Positions 47,604 to 57,428 of a stretch of DNA of 64,000 nucleotides are shown piece after piece. Numbering within the stretch: the first letter of the stretch is position 1; the number at the start of each line of letters is the position of its first letter. The stretch is from IMG/VR virus record IMGVR_UViG_3300021167_000128, positions 1 through 64,000 of that record. The stretch is one strand, 5' to 3'. A program made the position numbers and the translations under genes. The stretch is from a virus (taxonomy: Duplodnaviria > Caudoviricetes). A model generated the notes under the pieces. It was not told where the DNA came from. It ran no database searches and worked only from the letters and a program-made list of their open reading frames with translations.

Positions 47604-49087
47604 TATGCTGTATTTTCTAGGTTATTAGAACTTGTATCTTCTCCTGAAGCATTAGAGCTAGTTCCATTGATACCACCAGCAGCTAATCCATCGCCAGAAC
47701 GAGAAGAGTTCCCTGTTAGAATATCCTTTCTAGGAGGTTCATCATCAGGGTATGGATCAATTCCGATTGAAGATCTAATGGAATTAAGAACATCACGATC
47801 AAGCTCAACAAGGCCAGAGGTAGCAACACGCTGCCAAAACTTACTGGTAAGCTCCAAGTCTGGTGAATGGAGATTTTCATAGTCAAGCTCACAGAAGCGG
47901 CCCGTGAATCCATTGAGTTCATATAATTGTCTAACAACATCACGCTCAAGAGACTCTACAATATTGTCTAACATAGACTCAATAGCTGCACCTGTTAAGG
48001 AAGATTTAAGCTGCCCAACTGCAAATGAACCTACGCCATTAGTCCCTAAAACTAAGAGATCTCCACCTAAACCTACATATATTTGATTTTGATAATATGT
48101 CTTGATATCCGAAATGTCATAATTCTTCTTACCACCTTCAGAAGAAAGAAGACTAATATCAAATAAAGGTTGTCTAGTCATTTCATCTACAGCAGATGGA
48201 ATCATAATACCTGACTGAGAATTAGCTTGTAGATTTCTTAGAATATTCTTTAAATTTTCAAGAATAGTTTTCTGTTCTACTGAAGCATCAGCAGACATAT
48301 ATTGTGCAGGAACCTTGAAAACGGGTATCCCCTGAAGATCCTTCTGAACTCCAGTAGCTTCCATTTCAGCTAAAGCTTCTAAATATCTCCAAGCCATATA
48401 TACATCACGTAATGGAGATTTACCAAAAGGATCTTGTCTATTTCTGCCTACAGTGATATGAAGGAATTTACTTCTAGGAATTACCACAGAACCTTTTCTA
48501 GTTCGTCTATAAAGGTTAGAAACTAAGTCTAAATTTTGCTTTACGCCTTTAATATCTCCAGTCTTCTCATCAAACAAGAATCCTTCAATGGTTTCCTGAT
48601 TACGCAGAGAAATCTTCTTCAGACCAATCTTATTATCTGAATAAATACTTCCGCTCTCTTTATTACGTTTTCGATATACTTTTTCTAGAATAGCAAAACC
48701 ATAAATATTAGAACTTAATGCATCTTTAATGATAGACCTGAAAGGAACATCCATATCATGTAGGCAATCTTCAATAAACTTGGTTTGTTCAAGTTCTTGT
48801 GTAGATGCATCTTTAGGAGGTTTAACTCTCCATTTAACTTTAGAAATAAGGTTCTCAAATAAAGACAAACAAGCATTCACAGGAACACTATACGTCATCT
48901 TTTTATAAGTTAATACACTATTTGGCCACTGTAAATCTTGCTGTAGTTCATCATAGGTTACACCTGAAAATATATTAAGACCAGAAGAACCAATAGCTGA
49001 TAACTTAAACTTCTCAGGTGTATCCATATCAGAAACTGCCTTTTGAATTTCTACAATTTCTTTTTGCATAGCTTTCGCTTTCTGCAT
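47603..49087 (-). CDS. Portal protein
   Basis: Follows terL; PFGKSPLRDVY.AW, G.P..K.P, GSFA motifs; 494 aa. Confidence 0.85.
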   Translation of the reverse strand: MQKAKAMQKEIVEIQKAVSDMDTPEKFKLSAIGSSGLNIFSGVTYDELQQDLQWPNSVLTYKKMTYSVPVNACLSLFENLISKVKWRVKPPKDASTQELEQTKFIEDCLHDMDVPFRSIIKDALSSNIYGFAILEKVYRKRNKESGSIYSDNKIGLKKISLRNQETIEGFLFDEKTGDIKGVKQNLDLVSNLYRRTRKGSVVIPRSKFLHITVGRNRQDPFGKSPLRDVYMAWRYLEALAEMEATGVQKDLQGIPVFKVPAQYMSADASVEQKTILENLKNILRNLQANSQSGIMIPSAVDEMTRQPLFDISLLSSEGGKKNYDISDIKTYYQNQIYVGLGGDLLVLGTNGVGSFAVGQLKSSLTGAAIESMLDNIVESLERDVVRQLYELNGFTGRFCELDYENLHSPDLELTSKFWQRVATSGLVELDRDVLNSIRSSIGIDPYPDDEPPRKDILTGNSSRSGDGLAAGGINGTSSNASGEDTSSNNLENTA

Positions 49088-49096
49088 ATTTTCTCC

Positions 49097-50836
49097 TTAA
49101 ATAAAAGGTGTTGGAAGCGTAGCACCTGAAATAGGAACTGAAGCAATAAATGGAATTTTATTATTAGACCCTGAGTATAAATCAGGTACGGTAAATTCAG
49201 GTAAAACAATATCTTTATTGAGAACAAAGAATGCATCACTTAAAGTATCCGCAACGTCATCATGTGTATGGTGAGAGAAGTCCATATTCTCTAGCTCTGT
49301 AAATGCTTCCTCCAACCACTCCCCATTAACAAACTTTACATACTTTGCTTCTGCTGCACTTGCAAATGGAAGAAATCTTGCTTGTTTACCTTTCTCTGGT
49401 CTTACTAGCTTAGTGTGAAATCCTCGTTCTGCTAATCGTCTAGATAAGTCTCTGCAATATGCACCCGCTGTTGCACCAGGATCTAATGGAAGAATAATAG
49501 TAACTTCTCTACCATCTTTCTCTGCTACATTGAAGATCATACGTTCTACTTCATGCACTCTATCTCGCATTAATACACAATCTTCTACTGTATAAAAGTT
49601 TAATTTATCTTTAGATACAAGAGTTCCACATGTAGCATCAACATCTGGACGAACTTCTGATGGTTTAGAAAATGCTAAATCCCATGCTCTCACTCGCTTA
49701 GTAGCTGCAAAGTTAGGCAAATCTACAACTTCAACCCATTCTCGTTTAAAGTAACCTGAAGCGGATTCTCTTGCATACCATGATCCAAGTAATAGACGTT
49801 CCATTTCAACACGGGGAAGAGAACGAAGAGTAGAGAGATATTCAGGGTTATTCTTGAGTAGAACCTTATTATCTTCTGCTGTAGCTGGAATAAACCTAAA
49901 AGATTTAATACCAGAATCTCTCTTATTTCCATAGATTGCTACAGCATCTTCTTTTTTATCAAACCACTTGATTCCTCCATTATTTGTATTTACATAATAA
50001 CGTAATGGGTAATTATGCCCATCAATTCTTTTAGGGATACCTCGTTCATCTAAACAAAATTCTACCCATTTACGAAGAAACGAATTGTAGTCTGGGTTAC
50101 AAGTAGCTACAGCCCGAACAGGGTAATCAACAATAGTTGAACGAAGACGAGAAAGAGCGTATAGTACGTTATCTTCGGTAAGCTGTTGGCACTCATCAAA
50201 TGCCATAAAAGAATATTCCTTACCTTGAAGGTTATTTCTATCTTGAGGTTTGTCTAAGTATGTAAATTGAAGGACTGCACCTGAGCTAAATGTAATAATT
50301 AGGTCTTTATTATTTACTCTAATCTTGGGATCTACTTTGTAGAATAACTGAATTGCAGCGTCAAATAGACCACCTGCACCTGCAAGCATTCGGGTAGTTT
50401 GACGGATAACAATAGCTCTGGTGCCAGGATGATGACAAATTGGAAGGATAGATCCTAGAATAGCTGCTGATTTACCAGCACCTGCTGCCTAAACTGTTGT
50501 GTGCTTCGCTAGAGCACTCCCAAGTTTCCTTGGGTGTCGGACCATATCTTGCTCCCTAATAAATCAGGGAACCCTACTGTTTCGTGTTCGCTTGAACTCT
50601 ACTTCCTTGCGGAATGGCCTCTACACACGCCAGAAGATTTCTCTTCAGCTTGGCTCGGTATTGCCCTCGACTAATAATTTATATTACGTTAGGGTTTCAC
50701 CGAATTAAATAGGTTTTAAATGGAGGCGCAATTCACCACCATAAACTGTTAATGAAGCTGTACTATTCAGAAATACCTCTTGAGGCTTACTACAAGGTGC
50801 AAAAACTATATCTTTACTTTGATTATTCGCTGTCAT
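49097..50836 (-). CDS. terL: Terminase large subunit, two exons: join(50735..50836, 49097..50488)
   Basis: Splicing restores the Walker A YGGAAGAGKS. Also FDECQQL Walker B, RAWDLA and HDDVAD nuclease motifs. Confidence 0.9.
50489..50734 (-). ncRNA. Group I self-splicing intron (246 nt, no ORF) in terL
   Basis: 5' exon ends in U (GGTGGT), which pairs with intron GCCTCC (U-G wobble); terminal G; core-like elements AATTCGGTGAAACC, GGCAATACCGAGCCAAG, GTAGAGG, AAGATATGGTCCGAC. Confidence 0.88.
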
Positions 50837-51206
50837 CATCAAGCATCTTTAAACTAAATACTGGAGCTGGAGGATCTTGAGTAATTTCTTCTGCAACATC
50901 CTCATCATACCTGTAATCGTATAGATCTTTTAATAGTGCTCTATGTGTTTCAATTAACAATGCAGCAGCACGAAGCTTAGATCCATCATTAGATTCTGCA
51001 TTGTCGATAACCTTAACAGCAGCTTGAATAGCTTTAGTCTGTAATGGTTTAAACTTGCGTACAAGACTTAGTAATTCCTCCTGCCTCAATTCTCGATTAG
51101 TCTTTTTCTCTTTATCTTGTTGTTCTGATTTCTTTGGACGGCCATTGACATTTCTCCCATTTTCGGGACCGCGCCATCCTGTTTTTTTAACCTTTTCAAC
51201 TGTCAT
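50823..51206 (-). CDS. Terminase small subunit (putative)
   Basis: NVNGRPK N-terminal motif; overlaps the terL start. Confidence 0.65.
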   Translation of the reverse strand: MTVEKVKKTGWRGPENGRNVNGRPKKSEQQDKEKKTNRELRQEELLSLVRKFKPLQTKAIQAAVKVIDNAESNDGSKLRAAALLIETHRALLKDLYDYRYDEDVAEEITQDPPAPVFSLKMLDDDSE

Positions 51207-51368
51207 TAAATTCTTCCTCCTTTATATAAAACTAAAGCCCTAGCAGGATAAAACCTGCAGGGCTATTTTTGAGCATCTGGTTGAGATTAAACTAACTACT
51301 TCAAAGAAAGGTATTCTATCATATAAACTACAGATGCAATACCTGATTATATAACAGATATAATAAGT

Positions 51369-51459
51369 TGGCGGAAAATGATAGCATCGAACTATTAACC
51401 CTGCTTAGGTGTTACCACGGTTTTCAAGACCGTTCAGGGAGCCAACCCCGGCATTTTCC
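51369..51459 (-). tRNA. tRNA-Ser(TGA)
   Basis: GGAAAAT/ATTTTCC acceptor, G73, loop CTTGAAA, long variable arm, CCA. Confidence 0.85.
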
Positions 51460-51553
51460 TTTAATTGTATTCGTGAGCAGGATGATTTACAAGGTTAACC
51501 TGCCTGTCCTTGATTTACGGCTATAACATATCACGTACTATCTTACAACTATC

Positions 51554-51730
51554 TTAATTCTTATTAGACAATACTTTTGCCAAGTTCATTGCAGAACTAT
51601 TCCATAAAGGAACATTTGACATTAAAATATTAGCTTGTTCAATTGTATCCATAAGAATTTGATTCTGAATTTTTAAGACTTCAATCTCAGCTTTCAATTC
51701 CTGAATAATAACTTCACTTGCTTTATCCAT
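51554..51730 (-). CDS. Hypothetical coiled-coil protein
   Basis: AAGGA RBS before MDKASE. Confidence 0.5.
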   Translation of the reverse strand: MDKASEVIIQELKAEIEVLKIQNQILMDTIEQANILMSNVPLWNSSAMNLAKVLSNKN

Positions 51731-51766
51731 AATATTATTCCTTATGTTTAATGTAGGACTATTAAT

Positions 51767-51851
51767 TGGTGCGTTTGGAGGGACTTGAACCCACACGCCT
51801 TACGGCAATAATTCCTAAGACTATCGCGGCTACCTATTACGCCACAAACGC
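51767..51851 (-). tRNA. tRNA-Leu(TAG)
   Basis: GCGTTTG/CAAACGC acceptor, loop CTTAGGA, ACCA. Confidence 0.9.
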
Positions 51852-51858
51852 AAAAGTG

Positions 51859-51934
51859 TGGTCTAAGCGGTTGGACTCGAACCAGCGACCATATGCTCCC
51901 AAAGCATATGCGCTACCAACTACGCTACACTTAG
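51859..51934 (-). tRNA. tRNA-Pro(TGG)
   Basis: CTAAGTG/CGCTTAG acceptor, loop TTTGGGA, ACCA. Confidence 0.9.
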
Positions 51935-51999
51935 ACTAATAAACTTTAGTAATTATAATACATTTAGCCACATCAGTTTGCTGGATTTGGTAGGAACTG

Positions 52000-52073
52000 T
52001 GGTGCCTCAGGAGGGAATCGAACCCCCATAAGATGATTACAAGTCATCCGTAATACCTTTATACGACCGAGGC
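52000..52073 (-). tRNA. tRNA-Thr(TGT)
   Basis: GCCTCGG/CTGAGGC acceptor, loop CTTGTAA, ACCA. Confidence 0.88.
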
Positions 52074-52155
52074 GACTCCTAATAGCTCAAACCTTCTTTA
52101 TACCTTTCCTAGACTGTATTTGTTATTACTCCCTCACTGAGCTACAGTGACTATC

Positions 52156-52383
52156 TTAATCATAAAATATAGCTTCGGTTCTATAACCGTTTGGATTAAG
52201 ATCTAAAAATAACTCCTTTTTAACCTCGATTGAACTATACTCGTCATCCTCAACCTTGTCAACAACAGTATTCAAACATCTATCGCAAATACAGTCGCCA
52301 GCTTCAAGCAAATTAGCTATATATAACGAATCACAAATAATACAAGGTTTCGTTATGTTATACCTAAAATTACTCATTGTCAA
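52156..52383 (-). CDS. Hypothetical protein with CxxC...CxxC
   Basis: GGAG RBS; four Cys pairs. Confidence 0.55.
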   Translation of the reverse strand: MTMSNFRYNITKPCIICDSLYIANLLEAGDCICDRCLNTVVDKVEDDEYSSIEVKKELFLDLNPNGYRTEAIFYD

Positions 52384-52585
52384 CTCCTAGTGAAATTTAT
52401 TATTATTGTAGGTAGAGTGCGCTGACTTCTTACCAAGATAGATAATAGTTTCAGCGACTCTAGTTTTCACCGTCGAAAGGAAGTAAGCCGGTGTTGTGTA
52501 TGGTCTGACTAAAGATTAGAAATTTATAGTTTCTTAAAATAAATTCTAAGACTTTATTATTTCACATTAATCAGCATACACAACT

Positions 52586-52614
52586 ATTATATATTACACT
52601 TTATTGTTTGTCAA
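52586..52614 (-). promoter_or_regulatory. Consensus sigma70 promoter upstream of the tRNA cluster
   Basis: TTGACA-17-TATAAT. Confidence 0.8.
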
Positions 52615-52703
52615 TAGTAATTACTAAATAGTATTCATCGCATGTTCTTTTACAGAACTGAAACTATCCTGTTGGAGAATAGCAATATTATATTTTATAC
52701 TTA

Positions 52704-52817
52704 TCATTTATCCTTTCTAAAGTTTAATTCAGATTCTAGCACATATCTCATATTGTCTGAGATATATTGCAAATCTAGAACAGCTTGAAGATGTGTGAGT
52801 TCCATATCTTTGCTCAT
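52704..52817 (-). CDS. 37-aa ORF paralogous to the C-terminus of ORF 53656..54048 (not in ORF track)
   Basis: 16/33 ungapped identities; own TAGGAG RBS. Confidence 0.65.
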   Translation of the reverse strand: MSKDMELTHLQAVLDLQYISDNMRYVLESELNFRKDK

Positions 52818-52826
52818 ATCATTCTC

Positions 52827-53672
52827 CTAGTAGTTTGTCACTAAAACTTCATTGGCTTCCTTGCCGCGCTTGCCGCCATTGCAGTTGATAGCGCGGGTAG
52901 CGTGAATGATTTCGATGTTAAACTCTTTGTACAATTCGTGGATAACTGGTGTGTTGGAGTTGGACAACATCACCTTCACCCCTTTATTCGCCAAGTCAGT
53001 AAACACCTTTGCAAGCTCGGCTTGGTCATTCAGGCCAAAGCCGCCTTTGACATAACTCGCGAAGCTGGCTGTTTTCGTCATCGGGGCATAGGGCGGATCG
53101 AAGTACACAAAATCACCGGGCTGCGCTTCGTCCAAAACAAACTGATAGCCGCTGTGCTTGATTTCCACATCGCATGTGTTCAGGTATTCGCTGATGGCCC
53201 GCAGGTTTTCCGTATCCACAATTTTCGGATTTTCGTACCGGCCAAATGGCGAATTGAATTGACCGCTTTTGTTCTCGCGGTATAGCCCATTGAAGCAAGT
53301 TTTATTCAGGAAAATAAATCTGCTTGCCCTCTGCACAGCCGTCATTGTTGGGAGTTTTTTAGCACGAACAGCATAGAAGTGCGCTTCTTCATTCTTGTGC
53401 GTCCGCAAGCTCCTGATAAGCGCCTCAACATCATCACGGATCACCTGGTAGCAGTTGATCAATTCCGGGTTTGCATCGGAGATTGTCGCGCTATCTGGCA
53501 GTTGTGAGAATAAGTACGCACCCCCACCGATGAAGGGTTCGTAATACCTGTCAAAATTGTCTGGTGCGGCAGCGTGCAGAATATCTAGCAATTGCCGCTT
53601 GCCGCCTACCCATTTAACAAAGGGGCGTGGCGGTGGGACAATGTGTTTTGGGCAATCAAATACTTTTAGCAT
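52827..53672 (-). CDS. dam: Dam-family DNA adenine methyltransferase (GC-rich import)
   Basis: FVKWVGGKRQL, YYEPFIGGG, FLNKTCFNGLYR, YFDPPY; GGAG RBS before MLKVF. Confidence 0.92.
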   Translation of the reverse strand: MLKVFDCPKHIVPPPRPFVKWVGGKRQLLDILHAAAPDNFDRYYEPFIGGGAYLFSQLPDSATISDANPELINCYQVIRDDVEALIRSLRTHKNEEAHFYAVRAKKLPTMTAVQRASRFIFLNKTCFNGLYRENKSGQFNSPFGRYENPKIVDTENLRAISEYLNTCDVEIKHSGYQFVLDEAQPGDFVYFDPPYAPMTKTASFASYVKGGFGLNDQAELAKVFTDLANKGVKVMLSNSNTPVIHELYKEFNIEIIHATRAINCNGGKRGKEANEVLVTNY

Positions 53673-54048
53673 CACATGCTCCTTTCCTAAACTCAAGTTC
53701 TTTCTCAAGTACAATTCTGAACTTACTCCCTAGATAACGCAAATCTAGGATACTAAAGATATGATCCGTATCTAAATCTTTAATCTTAACCTTCTTCAAA
53801 GGCTGATCTCCAGCCTTCCCGCGAGTTCCCCATTGTAGAGTATCTCGAATCTTACTGAACTCATCCTCTAGTGTCAAACTTAGTTCTTCATAATTCCTAT
53901 CCCCACATCGTTTAAGATATTCAAGCCCACCATCTACAGCATAAAATTTACCATTAGCGTCAGAGTGGCTTACAAAGTCATGAACGGAACGACTTTCAAG
54001 GATAGTTCCATCTGGAGTACGGATAGCGTTATAGATTAGGTCTGACAA
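53656..54048 (-). CDS. Conserved phage hypothetical protein
   Basis: NAIRTPDGT.L.S...HDF...YAVDGGLEYL pattern. Confidence 0.7.
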   Translation of the reverse strand: MSDLIYNAIRTPDGTILESRSVHDFVSHSDANGKFYAVDGGLEYLKRCGDRNYEELSLTLEDEFSKIRDTLQWGTRGKAGDQPLKKVKIKDLDTDHIFSILDLRYLGSKFRIVLEKELEFRKGACDAKSI

Positions 54049-54501
54049 TTATGCACTCCAATCTTCTGTAATTTCAATAAAGTTATAGCCACAAGTTGTA
54101 AGGTAGTTGGTTGGACTCTCGAGTTTTTTAATCCAACCTCCATAGGAGCCATTTGAACTATTACGAAAGATCACATCACAGTACCCTTTAGTTGTAGTAA
54201 TTTTATAGCCATATACTTGGTCATACTCTTGTCTGCAACGTCCATCATTTATGTTATACTCATCTAATACATTAATAGAAATTTCTTCTACAGAAAGAAC
54301 TTTGTTTCCAATTAAGAAATTCGTTCCAAGAACGTCTGCAAACCAAGTATTAGAACAACACTCTTCTTCAGTTTCATAAATATATTCTTCATTATCAGTT
54401 ATGAAAGCTAGAACACTCTCACCTTCACTAATCAGGACTTTCTTTACAGTATTACTAACTAGTTCTTTCATATCTACCTCAAAGTTTAAAATTAGTTTCA
54501 A
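54049..54501 (-). CDS. Hypothetical protein
   Basis: ECCS..W, RNSSNG.YGG pattern. Confidence 0.6.
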   Translation of the reverse strand: MKLILNFEVDMKELVSNTVKKVLISEGESVLAFITDNEEYIYETEEECCSNTWFADVLGTNFLIGNKVLSVEEISINVLDEYNINDGRCRQEYDQVYGYKITTTKGYCDVIFRNSSNGSYGGWIKKLESPTNYLTTCGYNFIEITEDWSA

Positions 54502-55453
54502 TCTTATTTACAACATGACCGGTACCTTTACAACAGTCACATTGCTCAACTTCAGAATTAATAATATCCATAAGTTTTGTAAGGTATTCCTCAAGTTTAA
54601 CCTTCATATCTCCAAGACTGCTTGCATTTAGTGCCTGGATCGGAGTATATCCTTGATAGCCTGTAGACTTACCTCCATATCCACTCCAAGTCATTTCAAA
54701 GACCTCAAAAAGATCTTCCGTAGATTTCTTATACTTTGTAACTGCAGAAGGTTCTTTTTTGATAACTTTCTTTACAGTAAAACAAAAGTCATAGTCTGAT
54801 GTAATTCTTGCTTCACTCGGATTAATATTTTCTTTTACATAATAACGAATAATCTTAAACATCTGTTCACTGCTGAGAGTACAAGGACAATTATGAACAA
54901 GGAATTCAGGAGTGAGTATTTCATGTAGTTCTTCGTAGCGAACAATAGAAGAAAGATCAACATTAGTAGGTTTTCCATCAGTTCTTTCATGTTTCTGTTT
55001 AATAATTATTTTTTCTGGAGAATTATAATTCTCCACTTCGATTTCTCCCAAATCGATAAGCTCAAAAGGAACCTCTTCTAGTTGTTCAGGAATATCATCA
55101 AACTTAGGCTTATATAGATAAGCAAATTCTTTATATTCTCCAGAATAACCATAAATATCATCATCATCTTCAACAGGAGTTAGTTGTTCAAGAGTAAGAA
55201 AAGCTGGGATATTATCCGAGGCAAGGGAAGTGCTCTTTAGTTCATAACCGACAAGAGTTTTCTTAGTTGGTACTTTCTTCTTGATAGAGAAAGGAATATT
55301 ATCAATTTTGTACCATCTATTATTTAGTTCCTGAATATTATCTACATAAGTATCATCAATATACGTGCAGTAACTATTTAGATCATACACATAACTATGT
55401 GCGATTTTAAATATAACACCTACATTAGTGCTGTAGTATTTGATTTTAAGCAT
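54479..55453 (-). CDS. Hypothetical protein
   Basis: Long ORF with RBS; C-terminal CxxCxGxG. Confidence 0.65.
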   Translation of the reverse strand: MLKIKYYSTNVGVIFKIAHSYVYDLNSYCTYIDDTYVDNIQELNNRWYKIDNIPFSIKKKVPTKKTLVGYELKSTSLASDNIPAFLTLEQLTPVEDDDDIYGYSGEYKEFAYLYKPKFDDIPEQLEEVPFELIDLGEIEVENYNSPEKIIIKQKHERTDGKPTNVDLSSIVRYEELHEILTPEFLVHNCPCTLSSEQMFKIIRYYVKENINPSEARITSDYDFCFTVKKVIKKEPSAVTKYKKSTEDLFEVFEMTWSGYGGKSTGYQGYTPIQALNASSLGDMKVKLEEYLTKLMDIINSEVEQCDCCKGTGHVVNKIETNFKL

Positions 55454-55650
55454 TTGTTTTCCTTTCGTTTAAACACAGGTTACATCCTAACCTCTCTAAC
55501 CTACCTTGTCAACACCCCTAGAACCTTCCAGAACGCTCTAGGATTGATTATAATTACGTTCCTGCTAGGGATATACCTAGAGGACTGTAGCACGTGTTGT
55601 AGAGGCTGTAAAGAGGTTTGTGATGCACTCAACTTATCTTAACTTACCCG

Positions 55651-55679
55651 TTGACAAGCACTAGTACATAGCCTATAAT
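55651..55679 (+). promoter_or_regulatory. Consensus sigma70 promoter, rightward
   Basis: TTGACA-17-TATAAT; divergent leftward -35 at 55507-55512. Confidence 0.8.
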
Positions 55680-55708
55680 TAACTTACCTATTTAAACAAG
55701 GAGTAGCT

Positions 55709-55957
55709 ATGACTAAACTAGAAGAATTCCTGCAATCCAAGCACACTGCTGCTACTAAACTACTTCTCATCTGGTTCAAACAAAGAGAAGCTCAAGACAT
55801 CAAGAATAAGATTTCTGTACGTTCTATCTGTAAAGAACTTAACCTGAGTCACATGACGGTACTATCTTCTGTTGCTGCACTGGAAGATGATAAGTATATT
55901 GTCGTGCATGATAATGGTAAGTGGCATGATGCATATGAATACTTTGTGACTATTTAA
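55709..55957 (+). CDS. Small winged-HTH protein
   Basis: ISVRSICKELNLSHMTV..L..LED..YI pattern. Confidence 0.6.
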   Translation: MTKLEEFLQSKHTAATKLLLIWFKQREAQDIKNKISVRSICKELNLSHMTVLSSVAALEDDKYIVVHDNGKWHDAYEYFVTI

Positions 55958-55967
55958 GGAGATACGT

Positions 55968-57428
55968 ATGTTTAAACCTACTCAAGAACAGATTGAGATT
56001 ATTAAAGCCTTTAACGAAAATAAGATTATTAAAGTTAACTCTATTGCAGGTTCTGGTAAGACCGGTACGCTACTTCTTCTAGCTGCTGAAAACGTAGTAC
56101 CCAGCCTTTACTTAGCTTTCAATAAGTCTGTTCAGCTCGAAGCAGCAGAGAAGTTTCCTAAACATGTAGAGTGCCGAACTATTAACAGCCTAGCATATAT
56201 GGATTTTGGGATTAAACTATCTCATAAAATGAGACCTAACCGTCCAAAGACAAAGAACTATGTAAATACATGCGGCACTCTAAAGGAGATAGTTAATTTC
56301 TTTAAGATTGAGGACTATACAGCAGCAGAGCCTCCTATTCCTGCTAAAACTGTTGCAGGACTTGTTAAAGATTCTCTGAATAACTATCAACTGTCTGATA
56401 TTGAAACTATCGGACAAAAGACTCTTCCTATTGGCGAAATTAAGCGTCTTGAGAAGAATCATAAGTTCGATTCTAAGCACCTTGCACTACAAGTAATTCA
56501 CTATGCAAGAAAGTTATGGAATGAACGTATCAATCCTAAGAGTGAGATTGCTGTAACTCATGATACTTTCCTTAAACTATGGAGCCTTTCCAATCCTAAA
56601 CTTGATTGTGAAATTCTATATGTGGATGAAGCACAAGATACTAACCCTGCTGTATTTCATGTGCTTAAACAACAGAAACATTGTAAGATTTGCTATGTAG
56701 GGGATACCTATCAAAGTATATATGCTTTCCGTGGAGCTATTAATGCAATGGAAGAAATTAATGTACCAACATACTACTTAACTCAGTCCTGGAGATACGG
56801 AAAAGAAGTTGCAGATGCCGCTCAATTTGTAATTGGAAGTGCTATTACTGTAAAAGGAAATCCCAGCATCAGTTCTAAAGTTGTTGACACACTTTCGGAT
56901 GATGAAAAAGTAACCGTTATCTTTAGAACCAATGCTGCACTTTTCGATGAAGCATATAGACTACTTACAGAAGGAGTTGCGGTTAATATTGAAGTTGATG
57001 TTAGAGTATTTATTGAGAAACTCAGGTCCATTATTGCACTTAAGAATAATGACCACAAGAATGTAAAGAATCAAGAGATCGCTAAATTTACCTCTTACTA
57101 TGACTTACTGGAGTTTTCTAAAGAAGATCATGAAACAAAGAAATTAATTAAGAGAGCTACTGAAGGAAATGTAGAAGATTTTATCTCAAAGATTTCTATG
57201 TCTTGTTCAAATGAACATTCAGATGTAATCTTGACTACTGCGCACAAATCTAAGGGTAGAGAATGGGATAATGTTATTATTTTCAATGACTTTAAATTTA
57301 ATGAAGATACATATTACCCTCTCAATGGTATGCCGCAACAAGAGATTAATCTTCTGTATGTTGCTATTACGCGTGCTAAGAAGAATCTTGTTCTACCTGA
57401 ACAAATTACTAACTATAAGGATTTATAA
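55968..57428 (+). CDS. UvrD/Rep-like SF1 helicase
   Basis: AGSGKT, YVDEAQD, VGDTYQSIYAFRGA, LTQSWRYG, TAHKSKGREW, YVAITRAK. Confidence 0.92.
   Translation: MFKPTQEQIEIIKAFNENKIIKVNSIAGSGKTGTLLLLAAENVVPSLYLAFNKSVQLEAAEKFPKHVECRTINSLAYMDFGIKLSHKMRPNRPKTKNYVNTCGTLKEIVNFFKIEDYTAAEPPIPAKTVAGLVKDSLNNYQLSDIETIGQKTLPIGEIKRLEKNHKFDSKHLALQVIHYARKLWNERINPKSEIAVTHDTFLKLWSLSNPKLDCEILYVDEAQDTNPAVFHVLKQQKHCKICYVGDTYQSIYAFRGAINAMEEINVPTYYLTQSWRYGKEVADAAQFVIGSAITVKGNPSISSKVVDTLSDDEKVTVIFRTNAALFDEAYRLLTEGVAVNIEVDVRVFIEKLRSIIALKNNDHKNVKNQEIAKFTSYYDLLEFSKEDHETKKLIKRATEGNVEDFISKISMSCSNEHSDVILTTAHKSKGREWDNVIIFNDFKFNEDTYYPLNGMPQQEINLLYVAITRAKKNLVLPEQITNYKDL

Noticed and set aside
50499-50708. 69-aa plus-strand ORF
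   Set aside because: Antisense to the group I intron; not a homing endonuclease.
52129-52151. GTCACTGTAGCTCAGTG on the minus strand, resembling a tRNA 5' end
   Set aside because: No anticodon arm, T-arm or 3' acceptor strand follows; at most a relic.
52902-53298. ORFs 52902-53285 (+) and 53113-53298 (-)
   Set aside because: Alternate frames within dam.
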